DNA of 64,000 nucleotides, taken from the human T2T-CHM13v2.0 reference genome, Homo sapiens. The stretch lies in the NCBI RefSeq assembly GCF_009914755.1, contig NC_060931.1. One strand, 5' to 3'. The notes beneath the pieces were generated by a model. The model saw only the letters and a program-made list of their open reading frames with translations. It did no database searches and was not told where the DNA came from. Positions 27,260 to 42,149 of the stretch are shown here, one piece after another (positions within the stretch are counted from its first letter, which is position 1; each line of letters opens with the position of its first letter). The translations under genes and the position numbers were made by a program.

Positions 27260-27884
27260 TTATGCTAAGTTAAATAACCCAGTCACAAGAGGACAAATAC
27301 TGTGTGCTTCTAAAATAGACTCATAGAATAGAGAGCCGAATGGTGGTTGCCAGGGGCTTGGGGCTGGGTAAATAGAGAGTTGTTCAATAGTTACAAAGTT
27401 TCAGTTATGCAAGATGAGTAAGTTCTAGAGATCTGCTATACAATACTGTACCTATAGTTAACACTGTATTATGCACTTAGAAAAATGTAAGAGGGTAGAT
27501 CTCATGTTGAGTATTCGTAACCACCAAAAGGGGGTGGGGGAGACAAGACATGTTTATTGCCCTGACTGTTTTTGTGATGCTGGTTTCACAGGTGCATGCA
27601 TATGTCCAAACTTATCAAATTGTATACAATAAATATGTGCAGTTTTTTGTACTTCAATTATACGTCAATTAAATAAAACAGCTCCCCAGGTGATTTTAAC
27701 ATGCAGCTTGAGTTGAGAAACATTGCTCTGATGGCCATAAGATGGTTTAGTTAAGGTCCTTAAAAACTCTTTAAGGCATCTGGGCATGCCTTAGATGTGT
27801 AGAGTGATGCAGTGTAAGCGAGTGATATGTATAGTTTAACTCCATCACCAAAATTACCGTTACTAGGAGATGTGGCTGGATGTT

Positions 27885-28195
27885 CTCTTGTTTTGCTTTT
27901 GTTTTTGTTTTTTTGAGACGGAGTTTCACATTTGTTGCCCAGGCTGGAGTGCAATGCGCGATATCGGCTCATCACAAACTCCGCCTCCCGGGTTCAAGCG
28001 ATTCTGCTGCCTCAGCCTCCCGAGTAGCTGGGATTACAGGCATGCGCCTCCACGCCCGGCTAATTTTGTATTTTTAGTAGAGATGGGGTTTCTCCATGTT
28101 GGTCAGGCTGGTCTCCAACTCCCAACCTCAGGTGATCTGCCCGCCTCGGCCTCCCAAAGTGCTGGAATTACAGGCGTGAGCCACCGCTCCTGTCC
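27885..28195 (-). mobile_element. Alu (AluSp-like)
   Basis: tttctccatgttggtcaggctgg; TSD ggctggatgtt. Confidence 0.96.
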
Positions 28196-29059
28196 GGCTG
28201 GATGTTTTAAATGTTAAATTAATCAGAGTCCATGTTCCTTAAGGAAACTACTGATTATCATTTGATTTTTTCATGTACCATGTCTAGAGTTTAGAAAACA
28301 CTTTGATCATGTTACATGGAAGCAAATCTGGTCCTTTTCAAAAAAAAATTCACTTCAGATTAATAAATTGGCTTTTGAATTTTTTTTTATCAATCACATT
28401 AACTTAATTAATATAAATGTGGCCAGAGATGGGGCCTAAAAGGCCTTGATTCTCTAGTGATAGCATTCCTATATGATCCTATATGTTTAATATTTTGTTC
28501 TCTACACCTACCACGTTGTGTTTCATGGTTATCAAGAAACAAAATGTTTTCAAATCACACAGACAATTCTTTTAATTTGTGCTTCATAAATGGTGATTGT
28601 TACTATTTTCATCATTTCCTTTCAGCAAAAAGTAACTTTCATGGTAGATCTTCTCCCCAGTTCAAGTGCTTTTAATTCAGTATTATAAATCTCCAGGACT
28701 CACCCTGTAGCACTATGCCCAGACTTGGATTTCACAGGCAATGCCCCTCACTCTAAGCCTTTCCATCTGCTTTTCTCCCGCTCACTTGGCTTCCAACATT
28801 CTTATTTTATTTCCCACCTTTCACCTATGAGAGCAGTGAACTGATTATGAATACCTACATCTATTGATTAATCAAAAGACAGATGAGGTTGTTATATAGC
28901 TTTCCTCATTTTAAATACAGTATGCATTTTAAATATATTAAGTACATTTTAAAAGTTTCCTTTTAAACTCAATTATCTTTCCTTTTCAGTTTAATTTTAA
29001 AAAGTAAAAACCCATAGGAAACTTTTGACAAGAAACACTTCCAAGGCAGGTTGATGTCA

Positions 29060-29255
29060 GCATCATCTCCAGATGATTCTAATGTGTCACTAGGGTGGCA
29101 AACTCCTATTCTAGAGTCCATAGTTCATTACCCTGGCTATACATTAGAATTACCTTGGATACCTTTAACTATACTTCTTGAATCCCACTCTTAAAGATCC
29201 TGATTTAAGCTCTGGAGGTGATTTGAATGTGCAGCTAGGATTGACACTTGCTGCT
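29060..29255. mobile_element. MER5 fragments
   Basis: ccagatgattctaatgtg; cattagaattacc; ggtgatttgaatgtgcagctagg. Confidence 0.55.
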
Positions 29256-30107
29256 CCAAACCAATGATTCTCATAGTCTCCATCAGAAACACAAGGTGAG
29301 CTCATTAAAACCGAAGGCACTGCGGGAAAAGACAGCGGGTTGTAGACTTCATGTCTACCAATCAACAGAAATAGAAACTGGATGTTACTTGTTTTATGCC
29401 CTATAGTTTCTGATTCTAGTCCCTGATATGTAATAAAACAATACAGTATGCAGTAGTCCCATATATTGGGACATCTGCAAAATGGAGACAGAACTTGTAA
29501 AATATGTCAAAAAAATTTTTGGTTTTCAGCAGAACACCATACAAGTCTGTAAACTTGCTGAGTATTATCTGATCTGATTCTATGGAAGGTATTTTGCAAT
29601 TGTAAATTGTAGACAGCTGATAGCAATGCAAAATGATTGTCTGTAGACATGCAAATTCTGTCTGTCTGGGACAAGTTCTATTGACTTTCCTTCTCCACTA
29701 CAAAAGAGGCTAGCTTTGCCTCCATTTGCACATTCAGAGCTGTTTTACACCTTTTCTAAAATTGTTTTTAACGAATTTAGATTTTTTTAATAGTGCAAAT
29801 AATAATGGACTGGCAATAGACATTTTTTCAAAGGATCTTTTGAGCTCAAAGGAACAAAAATTTCAAAGGAATTTTTAATTGTACCAGTTTGATAGTGTTT
29901 AATAAAAAATAATATTTAATATATTATGTGCCTATCCAGGGACAATGCAAAAATTATAAAGTAAATTTTCCCAGAATAATTTCATCCTAAATATAAATGT
30001 AGCAAAGATCTCCTGGTATAGTGTATTATTACTTACAAGGACTCAAATTACATATTACATATTACTTACAAGGACTCAAAAAAAATTTTGAGACTAAATA
30101 TCAGGAT

Positions 30108-30126
30108 GAACCACTAGGTGGCAAAG
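30108..30126 (+). promoter_or_regulatory. Candidate CTCF site
   Basis: CCACTAGGTGGCA at 30111-30123 matches the CTCF core consensus. Confidence 0.45.
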
Positions 30127-30599
30127 TAACATTTGTTTTGTCACATTTTTAAACAGACTTGAAACCTTCCTTCAATGTTATTTGTAATTGAAATATGATG
30201 TTCATGGGATTCTGATTCAGTAAGATTTTCTAAATATTCTCTTATTCAAATGAAACTTAGTAGTTTTCTCAGGGAAAAGCAATGTTCATAATACATTCTT
30301 TAAAGGAACAAAGAACAAAAAGTTGTGTTGGATTGAAACATCTATTCTGAAATCAAAGCTAAACTTGAATTTAACAGTTTTATATCTGATGTAACAAAAT
30401 CCTCAAGTATGAATGGACCTTACATATCACCTGTACTAAAAGTTCACCTTTACGCTGAAATGAACTTTAAGATTGTCCTGATCATTAATTCTTTGTGCTC
30501 CTATTAAACATTTTCATTTAGAGAAAATATGCTCTCTCACAAGACATATGTATTGTTCTTTCTTTAATTAACATTATACCTTGGGGTCTTCCTTTTTAA

Positions 30600-31603
<1,004 letters not shown>

Positions 31604-31646
31604 CACTATCACCCTTTTTGTCTAATATTATACTTAAGGTACTAAC

Positions 31647-31984
31647 GGTATTAGTCCTTTTTCATGATGTTGATAAAAACATACCCAAGACTGGACAATT
31701 TACAAAAGAAAGAGGTTTAATGGACTTTCAGTTCCACATGGCTGGGGAGGCCTCACAATCATGGCAGAAGGCAAGGAGGAGCAAGTCACATCTTATGCGG
31801 ATGGCAGGAGGCAAAGACAGAGAACTTGTGCAGGAAAACTCCCATTTTTTAAATAACCAGATCTTGTGAGACTTATTCACTATCATGAGACCAGCACTGC
31901 GAAGACCCACCCCCATGTTTCATGTGGGAATTATGAGAGCTACGAGATGAGATTTGGGTGGGGACACAGACCCAAACCACATCA
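31647..31984 (-). mobile_element. Solo THE1A/B LTR
   Basis: THE1 LTR sequence with a perfect 5-bp TSD (ctaac) on both sides. Confidence 0.93.
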
Positions 31985-32237
31985 CTAACTTACAAGAAAG
32001 CAAAGAATAAGGCAATATAAATAAAACAAAATATAAGAACAATAACACTAAGTGTAAATGAATTTAACTCCCTAAAGACCAAATTCATGGGTTGGATGAT
32101 TTTTCTAATCCAACTACATGGCTTTCTATTTTATTTTATCTTTAATAAAGTGACACAGGAAAGTTTCAATGTAGATGAATAGGAAAATTATTTCAGAAAA
32201 AGATGGAACAAAAAGACAATATAAAAATAAAAATACG

Positions 32238-32528
32238 GGCCAGGCATGGTGGCTCACGCTTGTAATCCCAGCACTTTGGGAGGCTGTGGCAGGCAGATCA
32301 CCTGAGGTCAAGAGTTTGAGACCAGCCTAGTCAACATGGTGAAACTCCATCTCTACTAAAAATACAAAAAATTAACCGGGCATGGTGGCAATCGCCTGTA
32401 ATCCCAGCTACTCAGGAGACTGAGGCAGGACAATCACTTGAACCTAGGAGGCGGAGGTTGCAGTGAGCTGAGCTCGCACCATTGCACTCCAGCCTAGGCA
32501 ACAGAGTAAGACTCTGTCTCAAAAAAAA
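32238..32528 (+). mobile_element. Alu (AluS)
   Basis: Dimer; TSD aaaaataaaaatac. Confidence 0.96.
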
Positions 32529-32615
32529 ATACATAAAAATAAAAATACAATTCTTAATATACATATCAACATGCTAAAGGACAAAGTAGGCTACATTGTA
32601 TTTATAAATAAATAG

Positions 32616-32899
<284 letters not shown>

Positions 32900-32984
32900 G
32901 ATAGTATAATTTTCAAAAAAGAAATCACACTCATAAACCTTTCCATTGTTAAAATTTTAGATCAAAATATTTCTAACAAGGAAA

Positions 32985-35085
32985 GGCAGGACTTCTGGTA
33001 ATGACAGCATGAAGAGGTCAGGTGATCTCTTCCACAGAGAATAATTACAAGCACCAGACAAAACTATTAAAAGCAACTCTTTGGAGGCACTGAAAATGAC
33101 CAGAGATAGGCAAACTCTTGAAAAGAATGTACTCATGGAAGGATACTATTTCCTTGGATAAGAACTCTGAGTTTGTAATTTTCTTTCTAGAACATTCCTC
33201 AAACCCACCCTTTCCTTCAAGTCAGGAAGTAGAAATCAGCAGCCTGAACAGCTCAAGATGGCAGGTGATGGAATTCAGAGAAACAGAGCAACTAGAAATT
33301 TAACAGAGAAATTTTGAAAGTGAGATTGCCACAAAATCTGTCTATAAACTCTATCCAAGTCTCTGGCTGACCACTAAACTACGTGTGCAGAGGGAATATC
33401 CCATAAGCCTGATGAAAATGTAGGCAGAAACTAGAGAAACGTAATTGCTCCTGGTGGGATTTGAGGGCTTGCTGCACCTCTGACCCACTGCCTTCCCCAA
33501 CCCGTACACAGCTTAGAAAGCAGAAAGCAGAAACCTTTCGTTTGAGGTGTGAAAGAGCAGAAATTGGAACGGTAGAGCAACTAGTCATTAAAGGGGGAGG
33601 GAGATAGATTTTACTGTTCACAACAAAAAAGCGAAAGTTCTCACAATAACAAGAGATTCCAGAATCACTGCAAAGTCTTATCTTAAAGGTCAATTTATTA
33701 AGGCAAAAATGATTAGACGTGCAAACACACAGGAAAAAGATAACCCATTCTTAGGAAAAAAAATAGCAGTTTCTGAAAGGTTCCAGATGTCGGATTTGGC
33801 AAAGACTTCAAAGAAGCTATTATAAATATATTCAAATAATTAAATGAAAATGTCATTTAATTTACTGAATAAACTAATAAGGAATTTTAACAGAGAAATA
33901 GAAGATATATGTAAGAAAAAATACAATAACTGAAATGAGAAATTAGATGTGAACAACAACAGATCTGATAACAGCAGAAGAAAGAATCTGTAAATTTGAA
34001 GATAACTCATTGAAATATCCATTTTGAAGAACTAAGAGAAAAAAGACTGAATCAAAGTAAACAAAGTATCAAAGATCTGTGGGGTGATATCAAACAGTCC
34101 AACATTTATGGAATTTGAATCCTAGAAACAGAGGAGAAAGAGTAAAATATAAAAAACTTTTTGAATACAAAATAACTGTAAACACCTTAAATTCTGTGGA
34201 AAGCTTGTATTTCCAAAAACCTCAACAAACCAAAATTAGGATAGATGCAAAGAAATCCACACCTAAACACATAGGTGAAAGCCAAAGCTAAAGAAAACTT
34301 CTGAAAATAACAAGTGCTTTTAACAACATTATTTATCATAGTGAAAAACTAGAAGCAATCTACATGCTCATCATCGGTGACTGGATAAATAAATTATGAC
34401 ATATTTATATAGTAGAACATGATTCAAAAACCAAAAAGGAATAAATTGCTGGGAGCAGTGACTCAGGCCTGTAATCCCAGCACTTTGGGAGGCCGAGGCA
34501 GGCAGATCACCTGAGGTCAGGAGTTCGAGACCAGCCTGACCAACATGGTGAAACCACGTCTGTACTAAAAATACAAAATTAGCTGGGCATGGTGGCGCAT
34601 GCCTGTAATCCCAGCTACTAGGGAGGCTGAGGCAGAGAATCGCTTGAACCTGGGAGGAGGAGGTCTTGGTAAGCCAAGATCGTGACACCGCACTCCAGCC
34701 TGGGCAACAAGAGCAAAACTCCATCTCAATAAAAAAAAAAAAGGGAATAAATTACTAGCACCATAACTTGGATGAAATCTCAAGAATACTACACAAACTA
34801 AAAGAAAGTACACATGGATGATTGTATACTGAGCGATCACCTTTATAAAATATTCTAGAAAAGGAAAACTACCCAAAAAGCAAATCAGTGATTGACTGCA
34901 AATTGGGATGGAGGAAAGGGTTCACTACAAAAAAATAGGAGAGAAATTTGGGAATGATTATGATAGTCCATACTTTGATTTTGTGCATAGTTACAAGATT
35001 ATATTCATTTACCAAAACTCAAAAAAAATATTTAAATGGCTGGATTTTATTGTCCATAAACTATACCGCAATATAATTATTAATA
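32985..35085 (+). mobile_element. Old L1M: 5'UTR/ORF1 remnant (32985-34310) fused to a 3' end (34310-35085)
   Basis: ggacttctggtaatg...; ORF1-like gaagaaagaatctgtaaatttgaagat and aaatccacacctaaacacat; 3' ggataaataaattatg. Confidence 0.7.
34448..34742 (+). mobile_element. Alu (AluSq/Sp-like)
   Basis: Dimer; TSD ggaataaatt. Confidence 0.96.
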
Positions 35086-35201
35086 AAAATAACTACAGGT
35101 AATGCACACCCCCACATACGTAATATGAAAGTGCAAGAACTCGAACTTAGTAGACATTAACAGGACAAGACAGCAAAAGTAAGCAAAAATATAAAGTGAG
35201 A

Positions 35202-37314
35202 TGTTTTAGGCCATTCTTGCACTGCTATAGAAATACCTGAGACTGGGTAATTAAAGAGGCTTAATTGGCTTATGGTGCTGCAGCCAGTAAGGGAAGCATA
35301 GAGGCATCTGGGAAGGCCGCAGGAAGCTTACAATCATGTGGAAGGCAAAGGAGGACCAGGCACATCACATGGTGAGAATATGAGCAAGAGAGAAAGTAGA
35401 GGAAGAGGTGCCACACACTTTTAAATGACAAGATCTCATGTGAACTCAGAACAACAACTCACTTTTCATCAAGGGGATGGCTCAAGCCATTCAAAAGGGA
35501 TCCACCCCCATGATCCAAGCACTTCACATAAGGTCCCACTTTCAGCATTGGGGATTACATTTCAACATGAGATTTGGGCAGGGACAAATATCCAAACTAT
35601 GTCATTCTGTCCCTGGCTCCTCCCAAATCTCATGTCCTTCTCACATTCCAAAATACAATGGAATTGTATGCCTTCCCAATAATTCCTCAAAGTCTTAACT
35701 CACTCCAGCATTAACTCAAAAGTCCAAAAGTTCAAAGTCTCATCTGAGACAAGGAGAGTCCCTTCCACCTGTGAGCCTGTAAAATCAAAAACATTAGTTA
35801 TTTCCAACATACAATGGGAGTATAGGCATTGGGTAAACACTGCCATTCCAAATGGGAGACGTTTGTCAAAAGAAAGGGGACACAGGTCCTACGCAAGTTT
35901 GCAACTCAGCAAGGCAGCCATTAACTTTTAAAGCTTCAAGCTCTTAATCTCGTTTGACTCCATTTCCCACATTTAGGGCACACTGCTGCAAGGGGTGGGC
36001 TTCCAAGAACTTGGGCAGCTCAGCCCCTGTGGCTTTGCAGGATTCAGCCCCCAGGGCTGCTTTCACAGGTTGGAGTTGAATGCCTGTAGCTTTTCCAGGT
36101 GCAGGGTGCAAGCTGCCAGTGGATCTACCATTTTGGGGTCTGGAGGACAGAGGCCCCCTATTCACAGCTTCACTAGGCAGTGATCCACTGGGGACTCTGT
36201 GTGGGGGATCCAACCCCACATTTCTCCTTGGCACTGCCCTAGTAGAGATTCTACATGAGGGCTCTGCCCCTGCAGCAGGTTTCTGCTTGGGCACCCAAAC
36301 TTTTCCACACATCAACTGAAATCAAGGTGGAGGCTCCCAAGCCTCAACTCTTGCACTCTGTTCACCTGCAGGCTTAACACCAAGTGGAGGCCACCAAGGC
36401 TTACAGCTCATACTCTCTGGAGCTGAGGCTTAATCTGCACATGGGCCCTTTGAACCAAGGCTGGAGCCAGAGTGGCCAGGATACAGGAAGCAGTGTCCTG
36501 AGGCTGCTAAGGGCAGCAGGGTCCTAGGCCTGGCCCAGGAAACCATTCTTTCCTCCTAGGCCTCCAGGCCTGTGATGGGAGGGGCTGCCATGAAGGTCTC
36601 CAAAATGCCTTTTGAAGCCTTTTTCTCCTTATCTTGGCTACCAGCACTTTGGCTCCTTTCTAGTTATGCAAGTTTCTGTAGCAAGTCGTTCCTCCTCAGC
36701 TGGCTTGAATTCTTCTCCCATAAAAGCTTTTTCTTTCTTTGCCACATAGGTAAGCTGAAATTTTTTTTAAACTTTTACACTCTGCTTCTCTTTTAAATAT
36801 GAGTTCCAATTTATTTCTTTGCTCAGACATCTGAGCACAGGTTGTTAGAGGCAGCCATCTCATGTCTTGAACATTTTGCTGCTTAGAAATTTCTTCCACC
36901 AGGTATAAATCAGCACCCTCAAGTTCAAACTTCTGAATATCCCTAAGCCTTGGCCAGAATGAAGCCAAATTCTTTACTAAGGTGTAACAAGGGTGGCCCT
37001 TGTTACAACTCACAATAAGTTTCTCATTTCCACCTGAGACTTTGGCAGCCTGGACTTTACTGTCCATGTAACCATCAGCATTTTGGTCACAACCATTTAA
37101 CCAGTCTCTAAGAAGTTCCAAACTTTCTCTTATCTTCCCATCTTCTTCTGAGCCCTCCAAACTCTTCCAGCCTCTGCCTGTTGCCCGGTTCAAAAATCAC
37201 TTCTACATTTTCAGGTATCTTTATAGCAATGCCGCACTCCTCAGTATCAATTTTCTGTTAGGCTATTCTTGCACTGCTCTAAAGAAATATCTGAGACTGG
37301 GTAATTTATAAGAA
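35202..37314 (-). mobile_element. MSTB-like MaLR provirus: LTR 35202-35604, internal 35605-37255, truncated LTR 37256-37314
   Basis: LTR ending caaatatccaaactatgtca; internal part homologous to the THE1 internal region; second LTR start repeated for only ~60 nt. Confidence 0.9.
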
Positions 37315-37859
37315 GTTAGAAAGTACAGGAGGCATAGGAGTTCTGACAAGTACTGTAAAGGCCATATTCACAATGTGAATACACTGGAAAGAAAGAAAGT
37401 TTAAATGAAACCTCAACAGTAAAATTTTTTAATGATCTTCTGAACAATATCTGCATCAAAACTGAACTTGCAGGCTGGTTTCATGATAGAAATCAATAGC
37501 AAAGCTTACAGAGGAATATTTTTGTCTTTATGGTCTCATTGCTAAACAACAAAAATACTTATGTAACCAAACTGGGCATTTATTTTTAGAAATTAGAAAC
37601 AAACTGACAATACAAACTATGGAAAGAAGAGCAAAAAAAATTTATAAGATAGTAGAAATTGTAAAGAACACCAACAAAATAGAAAAAAAACTGAATATTT
37701 TAATAAAGAATTATGTCCTTTTAAAAATCAGTGATTTTACCATGGCTAGGATGGAAATTTTAAAAGCAGTAGAAAATGTTGTATACTACCATTTGCTATA
37801 TTTTGAAAACTTTAATGAAATAGTGAAATACTGAGGACACCAAACACTATCCCATTTCT

Positions 37860-38080
37860 AAGTTGCTCTTAAGCCAATTTTCTGGCTCTTTGCTTATTTT
37901 GTGTTTGAAATGGGACTGTTTTCCTTGATAGATTCTCAAATACTCTGCAGCATGTTTGGGTTCTCAGGGACTACTGCTCCTGGGCAGGGCACCATGGCCT
38001 TGTCTCACTGCCCAGCCTTCAGGGTTCAAGTAGCAGACATACACACTTAAGTAACCTGGTGGGGGACTTGTCATACTATA
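37860..38080 (-). mobile_element. ERVL LTR fragment (LTR32-like)
   Basis: Reverse complement tatagtatgacaagtcccccaccaggttacttaag...gccatggtgccc. Confidence 0.55.
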
Positions 38081-38420
38081 GAATCTATATTTTGAAATCT
38101 ATTAATAAAATTAAGCACATCATAAGATTTAATGAGAGACAACAAATGATAAAGTCAATAATAATGGCAATTTATGAGTCCTTCCTAATTTTAAAAATAA
38201 AGTAGTGAACTATTAGTAAATTTAGACATTATTTGGAAGTCCCTTAATTTAATTATTCACCATTGTTTTGTTATGTATGCATATGCATATATTAATGACC
38301 TTTCACTTGTTTATACTTTTGTAGATATGCTGAGAAATGATAAAGTCACCCCATGATATTACATGGGTGTTTACATAAGCTTGTCATTCTTACTGTTTTA
38401 TGTCTCCATTTTATTGTTAT

Positions 38421-38741
38421 ATAGTGAGCCCCCTGTATCCATGGGTCCACATCCACAGGTTAAACAGATGGAAATTGAAAACATTAGAAAAATAAAATAG
38501 AAAATAACAATACAACAATAAAAATAATACAAATAAAAATACAGTATAACACCTCCTACATTACATTTACATTGTATTAGGTATCATGAGTAATCTAGAG
38601 ATGATTTAACACATACACAAGGATATGGGAAGTTATATGCAAACACTATGCCTTTTTATATAAAGTACTTGAGCATCCCCAGATTTTGTTATATCCCTGG
38701 TTTCCTGGAACCAATCTCCACCAATACAGGGATATGACTGT
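38421..38741. mobile_element. MER2 (TcMar-Tigger)
   Basis: ccctgtatccatgggt...taatctagagatgatt...ttgagcatcc...cctggaaccaatc...gactgt. Confidence 0.85.
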
Positions 38742-38879
38742 TAACTAATTTCATCCTAAATTTATGTTTATAAGAAACTTATTTTACTGATAAGTTTAAG
38801 TTTAAGACAAGTAAACTTATGAGGCCTTATATAAGTAGGAGTCAATTTTGATTGTTTTACATATGAAGAAAAACTTTTC

Positions 38880-39600
38880 TAGGTATACATTACTTGTTCA
38901 AAATAATATCCTCTCAAAACTGTGAAGATTTTGACTCATGAGACTTCAGTCTTTATTGTTGTAGAGAAATTGCTAGCTTTGTGCTGTCTTTTTGTAAGTA
39001 ACTATTTTCACCCTGTGTGGATATTAAAGGATTGTAAATTCACTTTTGAAATTCTAAAATTTTATCAAATATCCAAGTATGTCAAATCTTGGACCTTAGT
39101 TTTATTGTTTGGTTCCTCCTAATCCCTTAACATCTAAATTTTTCAAATTTTTCTCCAGTCCTGAACAGTCATCTCCCTTTGTGTCTTAGATGGAAGTGAC
39201 CACTTTATCAGCCCTGTATTTCATTTTTGTAGTTCCTGTTACATGCATATTTCATCTTCTGGACCTATATCATATCTTTTATTATATTTTGATTATTTTC
39301 CTTTGAATTCTATGCAAATTTCTTATGCATTTCTTCTACATGTCAGTAATATCCAATGTGGTATCAATCATCTCCATCGCACTTTCAAAAATAAATCTGG
39401 CTATTCTGTTTTTCATGTCCTGCAGCATTTTTATAATAATTTCGTATTGTGCACTCTTGGTCTAACTTTATTTCTGACTGAAATATTTGCTCTAATTCCT
39501 CACATAATTCTCCTATCATAAAACAGTAATGTTTTTGGTGCCAATTGTTTTTGCTTTTTCTCAACTGCCAGCAAGAACTCTGTATATGTCTTTTCTTAGG
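38880..39600 (-). mobile_element. Very old L1/HAL1-like remnant
   Basis: T-rich antisense ORF1-like text (ttgttgtagagaaattg...ctttttgtaagtaac). Confidence 0.35.
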
Positions 39601-39696
39601 ACTGAAGTCCTATCAGAGACTGAGCAGGGCTCCATTTGAATCTTCTAGAGCCATATAAAGGAAAAAGAGAAAGAAGGCCCTTTGTCATCTTTGTTA

Positions 39697-40010
<314 letters not shown>

Positions 40011-42149
40011 AGGAAACAAGATGAATTTTCTCTTACATTGGGAGAGTTAGGCTCTTTCATTTTGTTTCATAAGGGCATAGATTGAATCTATGTGTAAATA
40101 CTAGAGCAAAATCAGGGTAAAGAGATGTGGGAGCCCAGCCAAAAGCTAGTGGCTACACTGGCAGCTTAATGCCCTCTATAACCTGAACCAGGATTGAATT
40201 AGAGCATACATAAAGCAGGACATGTATATGGATTTCATGTGGCTTCCCAGTAGTCTGCTGGAAGAGAGTCTTTGTTGCTTACTTTAGCACTAAATATTTT
40301 GTCTCAGAGCCAGTGACCCACAGCCTCTAATTTCGTAATCCAGAGATCATTTTCAAACACTGACCTAGTCAAGGAGATATCTTCTAAGTCTAAGACATTG
40401 AATTCTGTAGAAAATAAAACAGTAAATATACAATTAGGAAATAAGTATGCCACCTATTCTTCATGTATATGTGTATTTGAATTCCTGATTTTTACTATAC
40501 TTCTATTTAAAGATTTTAAATATACGTACCAAGTTGATGAGATATGCCTAAAATTGTGCTTAATAAAATTCAAGGCATATTTTAAAGCCTTAAGAAATAT
40601 TTGTTATTGAACCACATTTTGACAAACAACTGTTCTCCATTAAGCCCAGCACTTGATTCTCTTTTTCTCTCCCTTTACCTCTTACCCCCATCTCTCCTTC
40701 TCTCTCTTTTTCTTTTTCTCTCCTCCCACAGCCTCTGGCTTGGAAAAATACCTGAGTGGTGTACTTGTCACAGAATTACAAAATATTATTTATGTATATA
40801 TATTTTGAAAATGAAAGCAATTATCAGGATTCTACTTCTCATCTTCTATAAATTATGATACTTAATATGATAATATGAGTAATATTCATTAATTCTACAG
40901 GTAAAACATTATTTGCAGATGGATAAGAGATATTTTCTAAGGGCAAATTCAGTAAGTCTGCATATTATTATAAGCCAAAAATAGCAGGAATTATTATAAT
41001 AAAAACTTGAAGAGCAGAACTTGGACATATAAATCAGATAATCTTGTCCCAGAAATGAAAAAGGCTGTACAGCTTGCAAGCTGTGTTCTATTTCTGAAAG
41101 AATTTCTAACAAATATTACACATTCCATCAATGAAGAATCAACCTCATCATAATACTGACAACTGACTGTATATACTTATGAAAAAGCTGTTGGATATTC
41201 TGAATTTTCCATATGCAACTGTGATATCAACATGCTTCCAGTTTTCAATTCTTGTTTTGTTGTTTTTTCATGTTGTTATTGTTGCTGTTCTGATACTAGG
41301 GTAGACATAGCAATTTTAATACTTTAATACTGTCCTTACCATTTTCCTTTCCAAACAAAACTGTGTCATCTACAGCTCTGACCGATGTAAACCAAGTGAC
41401 ACTTCTCCCAGGCCACAGATGGGTGTGACAGAATCCTATGGCATTTTCTCAGATAGCTGGGGCAATTGTAGGGAATATTCTGTGAAAGAGAATTCACAGA
41501 AATTTGAATTGGAAACATACAGAAAAAAATGAGGTCATTATTAGTGAAAACTAAAGATGAAATAAAGCCATGAGAACGACTCAGGATCATGAGGGTCATG
41601 CTAAATTGAGTTTATGAGGAGAAAGAAACTCTTAAGCACAATAGGAAATTGAGAATATGAATAAGCAAGAGCTGCAAGGTAGGACAATAGAGAAGGGCTG
41701 TGTTTTAGCATTCCTGTAAGACACATACTTTAGATTTATGAAAATTTTTAATGTTCAGCCGTAAGTTCCTATAAGAAGGAATCGTGAGGAGACTTACACA
41801 TCAGACATTTCTAGGCGGCCTACAGGCCGTAAAAATTTTCCCAAGGTGCTTTGGGTATTTGTCATCAGTTCAATCATCATGACCATTTTCAACTATTCCC
41901 CTAACATGATTGCATGTTTAGGCAATATATTATGTTTTTTAAGATCAGACAGCATTTTTTAATATGATTGCTATTTTATAAATGTCATTTGCAACCTCCA
42001 TCACTGCAAACTCATTAATTAATTAAACAAATATTTATTAAGCTCTTATTGTAGGCCAACACATTGTTATCTGTGATCATGTGAGGTAAAAACTAAAGGG
42101 ATCCACAGGAGGACAGTAAATTACAGAAAACTTGTCAAACAATGAATGA

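Noticed and set aside
38277-38288. Isolated ATGCATATGCAT (MORE) palindrome
   Set aside because: Sits in low-complexity AT/GCAT sequence and is plausible by chance
41376-41533. Possible + strand exon with an open frame of ~50 codons
   Set aside because: Poor donor site, ends in a stop codon and has no recognisable protein similarity
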